64,000 nucleotides of DNA from Squalus acanthias (Eukaryota), in contig CM059452.1 in the NCBI GenBank assembly GCA_030390025.1, positions 7,502,001 to 7,566,000 on the forward strand, read 5' to 3'. The position numbers were made by a program, and so were the translations under genes. Under the pieces are notes generated by a model. The model worked only from the letters and a program-made list of their open reading frames with translations. It ran no database searches and was not told the DNA's origin. Positions 1 to 13,077 of this stretch are shown here, piece by piece (within the stretch, counting starts at the first letter, position 1; each line of letters starts with the position of its first letter).

Positions 1-3000
1 GAATGTGAGGTACAGTGGGTTAACAATTGCCCTTTCCCCTCTCTCTGGTGTGGGAGTGGGGCTACAGTGGGTTAACAATTGCCCTTTCTCCTCTTTCTGC
101 TGGGGGAGTGGGAGGGTAATGTTGGTTAACAATTGCCCTTTCACCTCTTTCTGCTGGGGGAGTGGGAGGGTAATGTTGGTTAACAATTGCCCTTTCCCCT
201 CCCTCTGTTGGGGGAGTGGGGGGTACAGTGGGTTAACAATTGCCCTTTCCCCTCTCTCTGGTGTGGGAGTGGGAGGTACAGTGGGTTAACAATTGCCCTT
301 TCCCCACTCTCTGGTGTGCAAGTGGGAGGTACAGTGGGTTCACAATTGCCCTTTCCCCTCTCTCTGCTGGGGGAGTGGGAGGGTAATGTTGGTTAACAAT
401 TGCCCTTTCCCCTCTCTCTGCTGGGGGAGTGGGAGGTACAGTGGGTTAACAATTGCACTTTCCTCTCTCTCTGGTGGGGGAGTGGGGGTACAGTGGGTTA
501 ACAATTGCCCTTTCCTCTCTCTCTTGTGGGGGAGTGGGAGGTACAGTCGGTTAACAATTGCGCTTTCCCCTCTCTCTGGTGGGGGAGTGGGGCTACAGTG
601 TGTTAACAATTGTCCTTTACCCTCTCTCTGGTGGGGGAGTGGGAGTTACAGTGGGATAATATTTGCCCTTTCCCCTCTCTCTGATGGGGTAGTGAGTGTT
701 CAGTGGGTTAATAATTGCCCTTTCCCCTCTCTCTGGTGGGGGAGTGGGGGTAAAGTGGGTTAACAATTGCCCTTTCCCCTCTCTCTGGTGGAGAGTGAGA
801 GTTACATTGGGTTAACAATTACCCTTTCCCCTCTACTCTGGGGATGGCAAGGGGGTACAGTGGGTTAATAATTGCCCTGTCCCCTCTTCCTGGTGGGGGA
901 GTGAGTGGTATAGTGGGTTAACAATTGCCCTTTTCTCTCTCTCATCGCGGGGAAGTGGGGGAGCAGTGGTTAAATAATTGGCCGTTCCCCTCTCTCTGGT
1001 GGGGGATTAGAAGGTACAGTTGGTTAACAATTGCCCTTTCAGCTCTCTCTGGTGTGGGAGTGGGAGGTACAGGGTGGTAACAATTGCCATTGCCCCTCCC
1101 TCGGTTGTGGGAGGTGAGTAAAGTGGGTTAAGAATTTTCCTTTCCCCTCGCTTGGTTGGGGGAGTGGGAGGTTCAGGGGGCTAACAATTGCCCTTACCCC
1201 TCGCTCTGATTGGGGAGGGGAGTAAAGTTGGTTAAGAATTGCCCTTTCCCCTCTCTCTGGTGGGGGAGTGGGGGGTACAGTGGGTTAACAATTACCCTTT
1301 CCCCTCTCTCTGGTGGGGAGAGCGGAAACAGTGGGTTAACAATTACACTTTCCCCCCTCTTGGGTGGGGAGCGGAGTACAGCGGATTAACAATTGCCCTT
1401 TCCCCTCTCTCTGGTGTGGAAATGAGAGATACAGTGGGTTAACAATTGCCCTCTCTCTCTCTCTCTGGTGGGGTGTGTAATGTACAGGAGGTTAACAAAT
1501 GCTCCTTCCCGTCTCTCTGGTGGGGGAGTGGGAGGTACAGTGGGATAATAATTGCCCTTTCCCCTCTCTCTGATGGAGGAGTGAGTGTACAGTGGGTTAA
1601 CAATTGCCCTTTCCCCTCCCTCTGGTGGGGCAGTGGGAGGTACAGTGGGTTAACAATTGCACTTTCACCTCTCTCTGGTGGGGGAGTGTGAGGTACAGTG
1701 GGTTAACAATTGCTCTTTTCCCTCTCTCTGGTGGGGGAGTGAGGGTACAGTGGGTTAACAATTGCACTTTTCCCTCTCTCTGGTGGGGGAGTGAGGGTAC
1801 AGTGGGTTAATAATTGCCCTTTCCCCTCTCTCTGGTGGGGGAGTGGGAGGTACAGTGGGTTAACAATTGCCCTTTCACCTCTCTCTGATGGCGGAGTGTG
1901 AGGTACAGTGGGTTAACAATTGCCCTTTCCCCTCTCTCTGGTGGGGGAGTGGGGGGTACAGCGGGTTAACAATTGCCCTTACCCCTCTCTCTGGTGGCGG
2001 AGTGGGGGGTACAGTGGGTTAACAATTGCCCTTTCCCCTCTCTCTGGTGGGGGAGTGGGAGCTACAGTGGGTGAACAATTGCCCTTTCCCCTCTCTCTGG
2101 TGGGGGACTGGGAGTTACACTGGGTTAACAATTGCCCTACACCATTTCTCTGGTGGGGGTTTGCGTGGTACAGTGGGTTAACAACTGCCCTTTCCCCTCT
2201 CTCTGGTGGGGGAGTGGGGGTACAGTGGGTTAACAATCGCCCTTTCCCCTCTCCCTGGTGGGGGAGTGGGAGGTACAGTGAGTTAACAATTACCCTTTCC
2301 CCTATCTCTGGTGGGGGAGTTGGTGGAACAGTTGTTTAACAATTGCCCTGTCCCCACTCTCTGGTAGGGGAGTGGGAGGTACAGTGGGTTAACAATTGCC
2401 ATTACCCTTCCCTCTGGTGGAGAAGGGGAGTAAACTGGTTTAAGAATTGCCCTTTCCCCCCTCTCTGGTGTGGGAGTGGGGGTACAGTGGGTTAACAATT
2501 GCCCTTTCCACTCTCTCTGGTGGGGGAGTGCGGGTACAGTGGGTTAACAATTGCCCTTTCCCCTGGCTCTGGTGGGGGATTGGAAGGTACAGTGGGTTAA
2601 CAATTGCCATTTCCACTCTCTCTGGTGTGGCAGACGGGGTACAGTGGGTTTACAATTGACCTTTTCCCTCTCTCTGGTGGAGGAGTGGGAGGTACAGGAG
2701 GTTAACAATTGCCCTTTCCCTTCTCTCTGGCGGGGAGTGACAGGTACAGTGGGATAATCATTGCCCTTTCCTCTCTCTCTGGTGTGTGTGAGGGAGGTAC
2801 AGTGGGTTAACAATTGCCCTTCCCTCTCTCTCTGAGAGAGGAGTAAGTGTACAATGGATTAACAATTAACCTTTCCCCTGTCTCTGGTGGGGGAGTGTGA
2901 GGTACAGTGGGTTAACAATTGCCCTTTCCCCTCTCTCTGAGAGAAGAGTGCGTGTACAGTGGGTTAACAATTGCCCTTTCCCCTATCTCTGGTGGCGGAG

Positions 3001-3158
3001 TGTGAGTTCCAGTGGGTTAACAGTTGCCCTTTCCCCTCTCTCTGGTGTTGGATGGGGGTTCAGTGCGTTAACAATTGCCCTTTTCGCTCTCTCTGGTGGG
3101 GGAGTGAGTGTACAGCGGGTTAATAATTGGCCGTTCCCCTGTCTCTGGTGGAGGAGTG
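1..3158. repeat. ~53-bp G-rich tandem satellite, block 1
   Basis: Continuous head-to-tail copies of tacagtgggttaacaattgccctttcccctctctctggtgggggagtgggagg; source of the VQWVNNCPFPSLWWGS pseudo-ORFs. Confidence 0.97.
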
Positions 3159-4820
3159 TTGTTGTTGTTCTTCAGTTCTCGGATGACCTTTTCAACCTCA
3201 TGCCCGTGCTGGGGTTGTGCTGAGATGGTGGCGGGTAGCATGCTGCGGGATGAAGTTGAGGACACTCGCTTCGAAGACAGAGTCTTGGTTAAGGAGATCT
3301 TCGAAGTGCTCCTTCCAGCGGGCACTGACTGCCTCTCTGTCTTTGATGAGTACCTCTCCGTTCTTGGCGCACAGTGGGGTAGGACCTTGGGTGCTTGGGC
3401 CATAGGTGGTCTTGACTGCGCGAAAGAATCCACGCACGTCGTGGTTGTCAGCTAGCTGCTGGATCTCCTGCACTTTCTCCACCCACCATCTGTTCTTTAG
3501 GTCGCGAGTTTTTTGTTGGACCTCGGCCTTCAGGCCTCTGTAGAGCTGCTTTCTTGCTCTCTTGTTCTGTTGCTGTTTCCAGATCAGGGATGCCTTGCGC
3601 TTGCGGCTTATTAGCTCCTGGATCTCCTGGTTGTTCTCGTTGAACCAGTCTTGCTGTTTCCTGGTCGAGTGACCGAGCATCTCGTCACAGGTGCTGATTA
3701 TGGAGGCCTTGACTGCAGACCAAGCGCTGTGGACACTCTGTGTCTCTGCATCACTGGGAGCCGTCACGTTGTTTGTGAGGCGCAGGCTGAATAGGGCTTT
3801 CTCAGCGGGGTGTTTGAGTGCTCCAGCATTGATTTTCCTGCGGCATTGTTTCTGTTGCTGCCGCTGTTTTGGGGCTACATTGATGCAGATGTCAGACCGG
3901 ATTCGGCGGTGGTCTGTCCAGCATTCGTCAGCTCCTGTCATGGCGCGGGGGATATGGATATACTTGCGGGCCCTCGCTCGGACGATGATGTAGTCCAGCA
4001 GATGCCAGTGCTTGAAGCGAGGGTGCTGCCATGAAACCTTGTACTTGTCTCTCTGATGGAACAAGGTGTTGGTTATGACAAGGCCATGTTCTAAGCATTT
4101 CGACAGGAGGAGGGTACCATTGGAGTTGGCTTTCCCTACCCCCTCTCTGCCAATCACACCACCCCAGAGATCTGTGTCCTTTCCAACTCTGGTGTTGAAG
4201 TCTCCAAGGAGGATCAGATTGTCGCCCGTTGGGACTCGGGACAGGGATTGTTCGAGGCTGGAGTAGAATTCCTCTTCAGTCTCGTCTGTGGCTTCCAGTG
4301 TTGGGGCGTACGCACTGATGACCGTAGCGCACTGGTTCCGGGCTAGGGTGAGCTGTACAATCATGAGGCGTTCGTTTATTCCACAAGGGGAGTCTGTGAG
4401 ACGTTCAACCAGCTATTTTTTTATGGTGAAGCCTACCCCATGGAGGCGGCGGTCTTCTTCAGGTTTGTCTTTCCAGAAGAAGGTGTAACCACCGCCTTGC
4501 TCCTTGAGCTGGCCTTCCCCTGCCTGCCGGGTCTCGCTTAGGTCACCAATGACTATGTCCAAACGTCTGAGCTCCCGGGCAACGATAGCAGCACAGCGTT
4601 CCGGCCTGTTGCTGTTGGGGTTATCCATGAGGGTCCTGACGTTCAAGGTCCCGGACTTCATTTTAAAGGGTGGAAGATGCCTGTGCGTGAATTATTTTAA
4701 TGTGGGGTGGCCGTTGCACACCAGCTACCACACGGGCTTGACAGAACAAGATCTTGGTCCAATGGCAAGGGGATCCAAGACGGTTGGAGACCAGGCTCTG
4801 CTACATCGGCCTAGCACACA
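3159..4820 (-). mobile_element. RTE-clade non-LTR retrotransposon fragment (5' part with AP-endonuclease domain), cut off before the RT domain
   Basis: ORFs 4413..4661 (TLNVRTL..NRPER..LSETR..GEGQL..GYTFFW) and 3198..4364 (ISAYAPT, LILLGDFN, HWHLLDYIIVR, WTDHR) are APE motifs typical of RTE elements; interrupted by a stop and ending abruptly at the satellite. Confidence 0.85.
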
Positions 4821-4939
4821 CACACAAACATACTCCTACTGTCCTCCTCCCTCCGGTCGTCTCTGCCTGGGTTTCACACGCTGCAGTGTGGTCCCCCCGA
4901 CCCCGCTGCTGGTCCACGCTGCGCCACTCCTGGACCTCG

Positions 4940-5290
4940 ACCTCGACCTCGCTGCTGGGCTCGTCCTCGCTCCTGAACCCCGTCCTCACTCCTGGGTCCC
5001 GACCTCGCTCCTGGGCCCCGTTCTCGCTCCTGGGTTCCGACCTCGCCCCTGGGCCTCGATCTCGCTCCTGGGTCCCGTCCTCGCCCCTGGGCCTCGTCCT
5101 CGCTCCTGGGCCTCGACCTCGCTCCTGGGTCCCGAACTCGCTCCTGGGCCTCGTTCTCGATCCTGGATCCCGTCCTCCTTTTAGTGTGTCTCCTTCCAGT
5201 AAGTGTGTCCCGCGGTGCGTCTCCTTCTAGTGAGTGTGTCCCACGGTGCGTCTCCTTCCAGTGAGTGTATCCCGCGGTGCGGCTCCTTCC
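4940..5290. repeat. GC-rich minisatellites (19-bp unit, then about three 31-bp units) just 3' of TM1
   Basis: Repeats of cctcgctcctgggcctcga-like units at ~4940-5175 and agtgagtgtgtcccgcggtgcgtctccttcc at ~5198-5290. Confidence 0.85.
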
Positions 5291-5299
5291 ACTTCTCAC

Positions 5300-5427
5300 C
5301 TTCACGAGAGTGACGGCAGCGCTGTAAGAAATGCTCAGGAAGAACAGGATGATGAATGTGGAAGCGGTTGTCCAGATGTTGCCGCTCTCTTCCTCATAGT
5401 CTTCAATCAAGATGTGGTCTGAGGAAT
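5300..5427 (-). CDS. IGHM: IgM heavy chain transmembrane exon TM1
   Basis: tag|(D)SSDHILIEDYEEESGNIWTTASTFIILFFLSISYSAAVTLVK|gtgaga: acidic spacer plus membrane-Ig TM motif, 128 nt, phase-1 acceptor. TM2 (VK*) not found in the window. Confidence 0.95.
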
Positions 5428-6074
5428 CTACGGGGATGTAGAGGAGGAAGTATATTCAGATCGTTTATTAATCCAATATATCATATTATTATTATGTATT
5501 CTCCTTTCTTTTCCTTAAGTTATTAGTTTATTCTCTAATTTAATTTTCAATGTATATCTTGTGTTAATGTAATCATTCTCAGCAATCTATCTCTGTTCCT
5601 AACTCCACAGTCGATCTTCCTTTATTATCCTCCTATAGTCCGTGTTGGAAAATATGACATTTTTTCTTCAATGACACACGCTAATTGATTTTGCATCAAT
5701 TTCGTACGATCCATCAGTCGGGGATAATATGATGAAATATCGAGGGATGTTTGCTGACTGATATCGATTATTTTAACGATAGGTTTATGCAGATAGTTAT
5801 TTGGAGACTGTCAAGGGGGCTGGGAAAGAGATCAGATATGAGTTATAATCTGATTATTTATTTCTTACGGCAATGCTCTGAACAAAATTAACTTGTATCA
5901 GTTTCCAACAAGAACAGTGATTCAGTGTATGAGTAGGACCAGAATAGAGAAATGTGAGATGTTACGTTATCAGGAATAATTTATTCAGAACAATCGTTGA
6001 AGACTGTGTCCGTAAAAACTGCATTTTTATTCTACATTCGTCGACAGCCTGACGTTTTTTGTGCGCTTTAGTGA

Positions 6075-6590
6075 TTGTGTTTGTGTGTATGACGAACTTT
6101 TGTTTTGGTTTAGTCTGAGTTTCTGTGTTAATGTGTGTGTTGATGTGTAAGTGTGTGTGTATTTATGTTTAAGTGTGTGTGTGTTTTGTGTAAGTGTGTG
6201 TCTATATTTACGTGTCAGCGCGTGCGTATTTAAGTGCAACTGTGTGTGTTTGCATGTATGTGTGTGTGTTTGTGTGTAATTGTGTATTTGTTTGTTTATG
6301 CATGCGTGTGTGTGTGAATGCTTGTGTTTGTGTGTGTTTTGTGTAAGCGTGTGTGTGTGTATTTTTGCTATTGTTCAAAGTTTCAGAGAGTACCAATAAC
6401 TGGGTCTGATATTGACGCTGTGTATTATATTCTGGGTATGTGTAATATACTGTGTCAGTGTGTTAATGTGTGTGGTCATGTGTAAGTCTCTGTGTGCTTG
6501 TGTGTAAGTGTGCACTTACACAAAAACACGCACACTCATACAAAATCGCAAACACACTTACACATAAACACACACACACTCACTTTACAC
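6075..6590. repeat. Degenerate (TG)n/(CA)n microsatellite
   Basis: Long imperfect tgtgtg run followed by a cacaca run. Confidence 0.9.
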
Positions 6591-6944
6591 GCATTCTTCC
6601 CCGCTCTGTGTAAATGTGTTCTGTGTGAGACGCAATGTGACGTCAACCGATGGAATGCAACAATTCAACCGATGGGCCTCAGAACCATCAGGGACACAAC
6701 TGTGAGAAACCCGCAGAGGATTCAATCACCAGTTAGATTTGGACTGTTAAAATTCAATCTGTTAGTTTACGAATAACAGGGACAGGTTTACTCCAACCAC
6801 TTGTTAAAGATAATATGTTGACTAAATATTTATATCACAACATGATTTCCATGCGGCAAGTTTAATGTTTTCGGACATTGAGTTAGAAGCTGACTTTCTA
6901 CAGATGGCAACTGACTTTATATAATTGAGATAGGTTCACCTCTC

Positions 6945-9900
6945 CTCTCTCTGATGGGAGAGTGGAGGTACAGTGGGTTAACAATTGCCCTTTCCCCTCT
7001 CTCTGGTGGGGGAGTGGGGGTACAGTGGGTTAACAATTGCCCTTTCCCCTCTCTCTGGTGGGGGAGTGGGAAGTACAGTGGGTTAACAATTGCCCTTTCC
7101 CCTCTCTCTGGTGTGGGAGTGGGAGGTACAGGGTGGTAACAATTGCCATTGCCCCTCCCTCGGTTGTGGGAGGTGAGTAAAGTGGGTTAAGAATTTTCCT
7201 TTCCCCTCGCTTGGTTGGGGGAGTGGGAGGTTCAGGGGGCTAACAATTGCCCTTACCCCTCGCTCTGATTGGGGAGGGGAGTAAAGTTGGTTAAGAATTG
7301 CCCTTTCCCCTCTCTCTGGTGGGGGAGTGGGGGGTACAGTGGGTTAACAATTACCCTTTCCCCTCTCTCTGGTGGGGAGAGCGGAAACAGTGGGTTAACA
7401 ATTACACTTTCCCCCCTCTTGGGTGGGGAGCGGAGTACAGCGGATTAACAATTGCCCTTTCCCCTCTCTCTGGTGTGGAAATGAGAGATACAGTGGGTTA
7501 ACAATTGCCCTCTCTCTCTCTCTCTGGTGGGGTGTGTAATGTACAGGAGGTTAACAAATGCTCCTTCCCGTCTCTCTGGTGGGGGAGTGGGAGGTACAGT
7601 GGGATAATAATTGCCCTTTCCCCTCTCTCTGATGGAGGAGTGAGTGTACAGTGGGTTAACAATTGCCCTTTCCCCTCCCTCTGGTGGGGCAGTGGGAGGT
7701 ACAGTGGGTTAACAATTGCACTTTCACCTCTCTCTGGTGGGGGAGTGTGAGGTACAGTGGGTTAACAATTGCTCTTTTCCCTCTCTCTGGTGGGGGAGTG
7801 AGGGTACAGTGGGTTAACAATTGCACTTTTCCCTCTCTCTGGTGGGGGAGTGAGGGTACAGTGGGTTAATAATTGCCCTTTCCCCTCTCTCTGGTGGGGG
7901 AGTGGGAGGTACAGTGGGTTAACAATTGCCCTTTCACCTCTCTCTGATGGCGGAGTGTGAGGTACAGTGGGTTAACAATTGCCCTTTCCCCTCTCTCTGG
8001 TGGGGGAGTGGGGGGTACAGCGGGTTAACAATTGCCCTTACCCCTCTCTCTGGTGGCGGAGTGGGGGGTACAGTGGGTTAACAATTGCCCTTTCCCCTCT
8101 CTCTGGTGGGGGAGTGGGAGCTACAGTGGGTGAACAATTGCCCTTTCCCCTCTCTCTGGTGGGGGACTGGGAGTTACACTGGGTTAACAATTGCCCTACA
8201 CCATTTCTCTGGTGGGGGTTTGCGTGGTACAGTGGGTTAACAACTGCCCTTTCCCCTCTCTCTGGTGGGGGAGTGGGGGTACAGTGGGTTAACAATCGCC
8301 CTTTCCCCTCTCCCTGGTGGGGGAGTGGGAGGTACAGTGAGTTAACAATTACCCTTTCCCCTATCTCTGGTGGGGGAGTTGGTGGAACAGTTGTTTAACA
8401 ATTGCCCTGTCCCCACTCTCTGGTAGGGGAGTGGGAGGTACAGTGGGTTAACAATTGCCATTACCCTTCCCTCTGGTGGAGAAGGGGAGTAAACTGGTTT
8501 AAGAATTGCCCTTTCCCCCCTCTCTGGTGTGGGAGTGGGGGTACAGTGGGTTAACAATTGCCCTTTCCACTCTCTCTGGTGGGGGAGTGCGGGTACAGTG
8601 GGTTAACAATTGCCCTTTCCCCTGGCTCTGGTGGGGGATTGGAAGGTACAGTGGGTTAACAATTGCCATTTCCACTCTCTCTGGTGTGGCAGACGGGGTA
8701 CAGTGGGTTTACAATTGACCTTTTCCCTCTCTCTGGTGGAGGAGTGGGAGGTACAGGAGGTTAACAATTGCCCTTTCCCTTCTCTCTGGCGGGGAGTGAC
8801 AGGTACAGTGGGATAATCATTGCCCTTTCCTCTCTCTCTGGTGTGTGTGAGGGAGGTACAGTGGGTTAACAATTGCCCTTCCCTCTCTCTCTGAGAGAGG
8901 AGTAAGTGTACAATGGATTAACAATTAACCTTTCCCCTGTCTCTGGTGGGGGAGTGTGAGGTACAGTGGGTTAACAATTGCCCTTTCCCCTCTCTCTGAG
9001 AGAAGAGTGCGTGTACAGTGGGTTAACAATTGCCCTTTCCCCTATCTCTGGTGGCGGAGTGTGAGTTCCAGTGGGTTAACAGTTGCCCTTTCCCCTCTCT
9101 CTGGTGTTGGATGGGGGTTCAGTGCGTTAACAATTGCCCTTTTCGCTCTCTCTGGTGGGGGAGTGAGTGTACAGCGGGTTAATAATTGGCCGTTCCCCTG
9201 TCTCTGGTGGAGGAGTGGGAGGTTAAGTGGATTAACAATTGCCCTTTCCCCTCTCTCTGCTGGGGGAGTGGGAGGTACAGGGGGTTAACAATTGCCCTTT
9301 GACCTCTGTCTGGTGGGGGAGTGGGAGGTACAGTGTGTTAACAATTGCCCTTTGACCTCTCTCTGGTGGGTGAGTGGGAGGTACAGTGCGTTAACAATTA
9401 CCCTTTCCCCTCTCCCTGGTGGGGGAGTGGGAGTACAGTGGGTTAACAATTGCCCTTTCCCCTCTCTCTGGTGGGGAGTGGCAGGTACAGTGGGTTAACA
9501 ATTGCCCTTTCCCCTCTCTCTGGTGGGGTAGTGGGGGTACAGTGGGTTATCAATTGCCCTTTCACCTCTCTCTGGTGGGGGAGTGGGGTACAGTGGGTTA
9601 ACAATTGCCCTTTTCCCTCTCTCTGGTGGGGGAGTGGGGGTACAGTGGGTTAACAATTGCCCTTTCCCCCCTCTCTGGTGGGGGAGTGGAGGTACAGTTG
9701 GTTAACAATTGCCCTATCCCCTCTCTCTGGTGGGGGAGTGGGGGTACAGTGAGTTAACAATTGCCCTTTCCCCTCTCTCTGATGGGGGAGTGGGAGGTAC
9801 AGGGGATTAACAATTGCCCTTTCCCCTGTCTCTGCTGGGGGAGTGTGGGTACGGTGGGTTAACAATTTCCCTACACCATCTCTCTGGTGAGGGTTTGGGA

Positions 9901-12640
9901 GGTACAAAGGGTTAAGAATTGCCCTTTCCCCTCTATCTGGTGAGGGAGTCGGAAGTACAGTGGGTTAACAATTGCCCTTTTCCCTCTCTCTGGTGGGGGT
10001 TTGGGAGGTACAGTGGATTAACAACTGCCCTTTCCCCTCTGTCTGCTGGGCAAGTGAGAGGTTAAGTGGGTTAACAATTGCCCTTTCCCCTCTCTCTGGT
10101 GCGGGAGTGGGAGGTACAGTGGGTTAACAATTGCCCTTTCCCCTCTCTCTGGTGTGGAAGTGAGAGGTTAAGTGGGTTAATAATTGGCCGTTCCCCTCTC
10201 TCTGGTGCGGGAGTGGGATGTACAGTGGGTTAACAATTGCCCTACACCATCTCTCTGGTGGGGGTTTCGGAGGTACAGTGGCTTAACAACTGCCATTACC
10301 CATCCCTCTGGTGGGGGAGGGGAGTAAACTGGTTTAAGAATTGACCTTTCCCCTGTCTCTGGGGGTACAGTGGGTTAACAATTGCCCTTTCCACTCTCTC
10401 TGGTGGGGGAGTGGGGGGGGTACATTGGGTTAACACTTGCCCTTTCCCCTCTCTCTGGCGGGGGAGTGGGAGGTACAGTGTGTTAACAATTGCCCTTTCC
10501 CCTCTCTCTGGTGGGGGAGTGGGGGGTACAGTGGGTTAACACTTGCCCTTTCCCCTCTCTCTGGCGGGGGAGTGGGAGGTACAGTGTGTTAACAATTGCC
10601 CTTTCCCCTCTCTCTGGTGGGGGAGTGGGAGGTACAGCGGGTTAACAATTGCACTTCCCCTCTCCCTGGTGGGGGAGTGGGGGTACATTGGGTTAACAAT
10701 TGCCCTTTCCCCTCTCTCTGGTGGGGGTGTGGGAGGTACAGGGGGTTCACAATTGCCCATTGACCTCTCTCTGGTGGGGGAGTGGGAGGTACAGTGGGTT
10801 AACAATTACCCTTTCCCCTCTCCCTGGTGGGGGTGTGGGGGCTATAGTGTGTTAACAATTACCCTTTCCCCTCTCCCTGGTGGAGGAGTGGGAGTACAGT
10901 GGGTTAACTATTGCCCTTTCCCCTCTCTCTGGTGGGGGGGGGGGGTGTGTGGGTACAGTGGGCTAACAATTACCCTTTCCCCTCTCCCTGGTGGGGGAGT
11001 GGGAGTAAAGTGGGTTAACAATTGCCCTTTCCACTCTCTCTGGTGGGGTAGTGGGGGTACAGTGGGTTAACAATTGACCTTTCACCTCTCTCTGGTGGGG
11101 GAGTGGGGAACAGTGGGTTAACAATTGCCCTTTCCACTCTCTCTGGTGAGGGAGTGGGGGTACAGTGGGTTAACAATTGCCCTTTCCCCTCTCTCTGATG
11201 GGGGAGTGGGAGGTACAGGGGTTTATCAATTGCCCTTTCCCCTCTCATAGAAACATAGAAACATAGAATCTAGGAGCAGGAGTAGGCCATTCGGCCCGTC
11301 GAGCCTGCTCCGCCATTCAATACGATCATGGCTGATCATCCAAATCCAGTACCCCGTCCCTGCTTTAATCCCCACAGTACACATATCCCACCCTACCCCC
11401 GTGTATTTAATTCCTCCTAACATATCCCATCCTATCCCCATAACCCCACATATTTAATCCCCCCTAACACTAAGGGTCAATTTATCATAGCCAAATCAAC
11501 CTAACCCACACATTTTTGGACTGTGGGAGGAAACCGGAGCACCCGAAGGAAACCCACGCAGACACGGGGAGAATGTGCAAACTCCACACAGACAGTCACC
11601 CGAGGTCAGATTCGAACCCGGGCCTCTGGCGCTGTGAGGCACCAGTGCTAACCACTATGCCACCGTGTTGCTCTCTCTGGTGGGGGAGTGGGGGTACAGT
11701 TTGTTAACAATTACCCTTTCCCCTCTCTCCGGTGGAGGAGTGGGGGGTACAGTGTGTTAACAATTGCCCTTTGACCTCTCTCTGGTGGGGGAGTGGGAGG
11801 TACAGTGGGTTAACAATTACCCTTTCCCCTCTCCCTGGTGTGGGAGTGGGGGGTACAGTGGGTTAACAATTGCCCTTTCCCCTCTCTCTGCTGGGGGTGT
11901 GGGGCTACAGTGTGTTAACAATTACCCTTTCCCCTCTCTCTGGTTGGGGGGTGTGGGTACAGTGGGTTAACAATTACCCTTTCCCCTCTCTCTGGTGAGG
12001 GAGTGGGGGTACAGTGGGTTAACAATTGCCCTTTCCCCTCTCTCTGATGGGGGAGTCGGAGGTACAGGGGTTTATCAATTGCCCTTTCCCCTCTCTCTGG
12101 TGGGGTAGTGGGGATACAGTTTGTTAACAATTACCCTTTCCCCTCTCTCTGGTGGAGGAGTGGGGGGTACAGTGTGTTAACAATTGCCCTTTGACCTCTC
12201 TCTGGTGGGGGAGTGGGAGGTACAGTGGGTTAACAATTACCCTTTCCCCTCTCTCTGGTGGAGGAGTGGGGGGTACAGTGTGTTAACAATTGCCCTTTGA
12301 CCTCTCTCTGTTGGGGGAGTGGGAGGTACAGTGGGTTAACAATTGCCCTTTCCCCTCTCTCTGGTTGGGGGGTGTGGGTAGAGTGGGTTAACAATTATCC
12401 TTTCCCCTCTCCCTGGTGGGGTAGTGGGGGTACAGTGGGTTAACAATTGCCCTTTCCCCTCTCTCTGGTGGGGGAGTGGGAGGTACAGTGGGTTAACAAT
12501 TGCCCTTTCCCCTCTCTCTGGTGGGGCAGTGGGGATACAGAGGGTTAACAATTGCCCTTTCCCCTCTCTCTGGTGGGGCAGTGGGGATACAGAGGGTTAA
12601 CAATTGCCCTTTCCCCTCTCTCTGGTGGTGGATTGGGAGT
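6945..12640. repeat. ~53-bp G-rich tandem satellite, block 2 (Cmu4-TM1 intron)
   Basis: Same unit as 1..3158; interrupted by a SINE at 11246-11671. Confidence 0.97.
11246..11671 (-). mobile_element. HE1-like V-SINE (tRNA-derived head, CR1-type tail)
   Basis: Minus strand: tggcatagtggttagcac (A box), gggttcgaatc (B box), V-domain gtgggtttccttcgggtgctccggtttcctcccacagtcc, tail aatggcctactcctgctcct and (tctatgtt)n. Confidence 0.9.
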
Positions 12641-13043
12641 TACTGTTCGTGTTCGTGTGTGGCCTTATTTCAGTTCTCCGAGGGTGCAATGTTGCAAATT
12701 TAATTGTTCCCAATTCTGAAGGGATAAACAACACGAGAAACAGGTACACTGAGATCTAAATTTGCTGCGCTCCTTTGTCGGAAATAGGAATTCTCAGATT
12801 TCCCCCCAGCGGGAGAAAAGTTGCTGATGTGACTTTGAGGAATCCTGTCATGAAAGAGCTTCAGTCTGTCGCTAACCCGTGGTGTATCTGAGCTGGGAGC
12901 GCTGGCTGTACAAGCCTTGGGACCGAGACTGGCAAATATCCTGCTTCAGATAAGCAGCCCTCCCCTTGGCAAAAATGGGAAACAAAATTAATTGAGCGGC
13001 TGTGTGTTTAACTGACGATTGAAAGAAAAGGCCTTAATTGGTT

Positions 13044-13049
13044 TTTATT
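13044..13049 (-). terminator. Polyadenylation signal of the secretory mu transcript
   Basis: AATAAA about 30 nt downstream of the tail stop codon (13078-13080). Confidence 0.8.
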
Positions 13050-13077
13050 TAAGAACTGAAATTCAATCGAAAGATTC

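Noticed and set aside
6945-12640. Immunoglobulin class-switch (S) region
   Set aside because: Lies 3' of Cmu4 rather than 5' of Cmu1 and lacks dense AGCT/WGCW motifs.
5-12703. Many ORFs of the type VQWVNNCPFPSLWWGSGRYSGLTIALSPLSG
   Set aside because: Translations of the 53-bp satellite in rotating frames; no gene structure.
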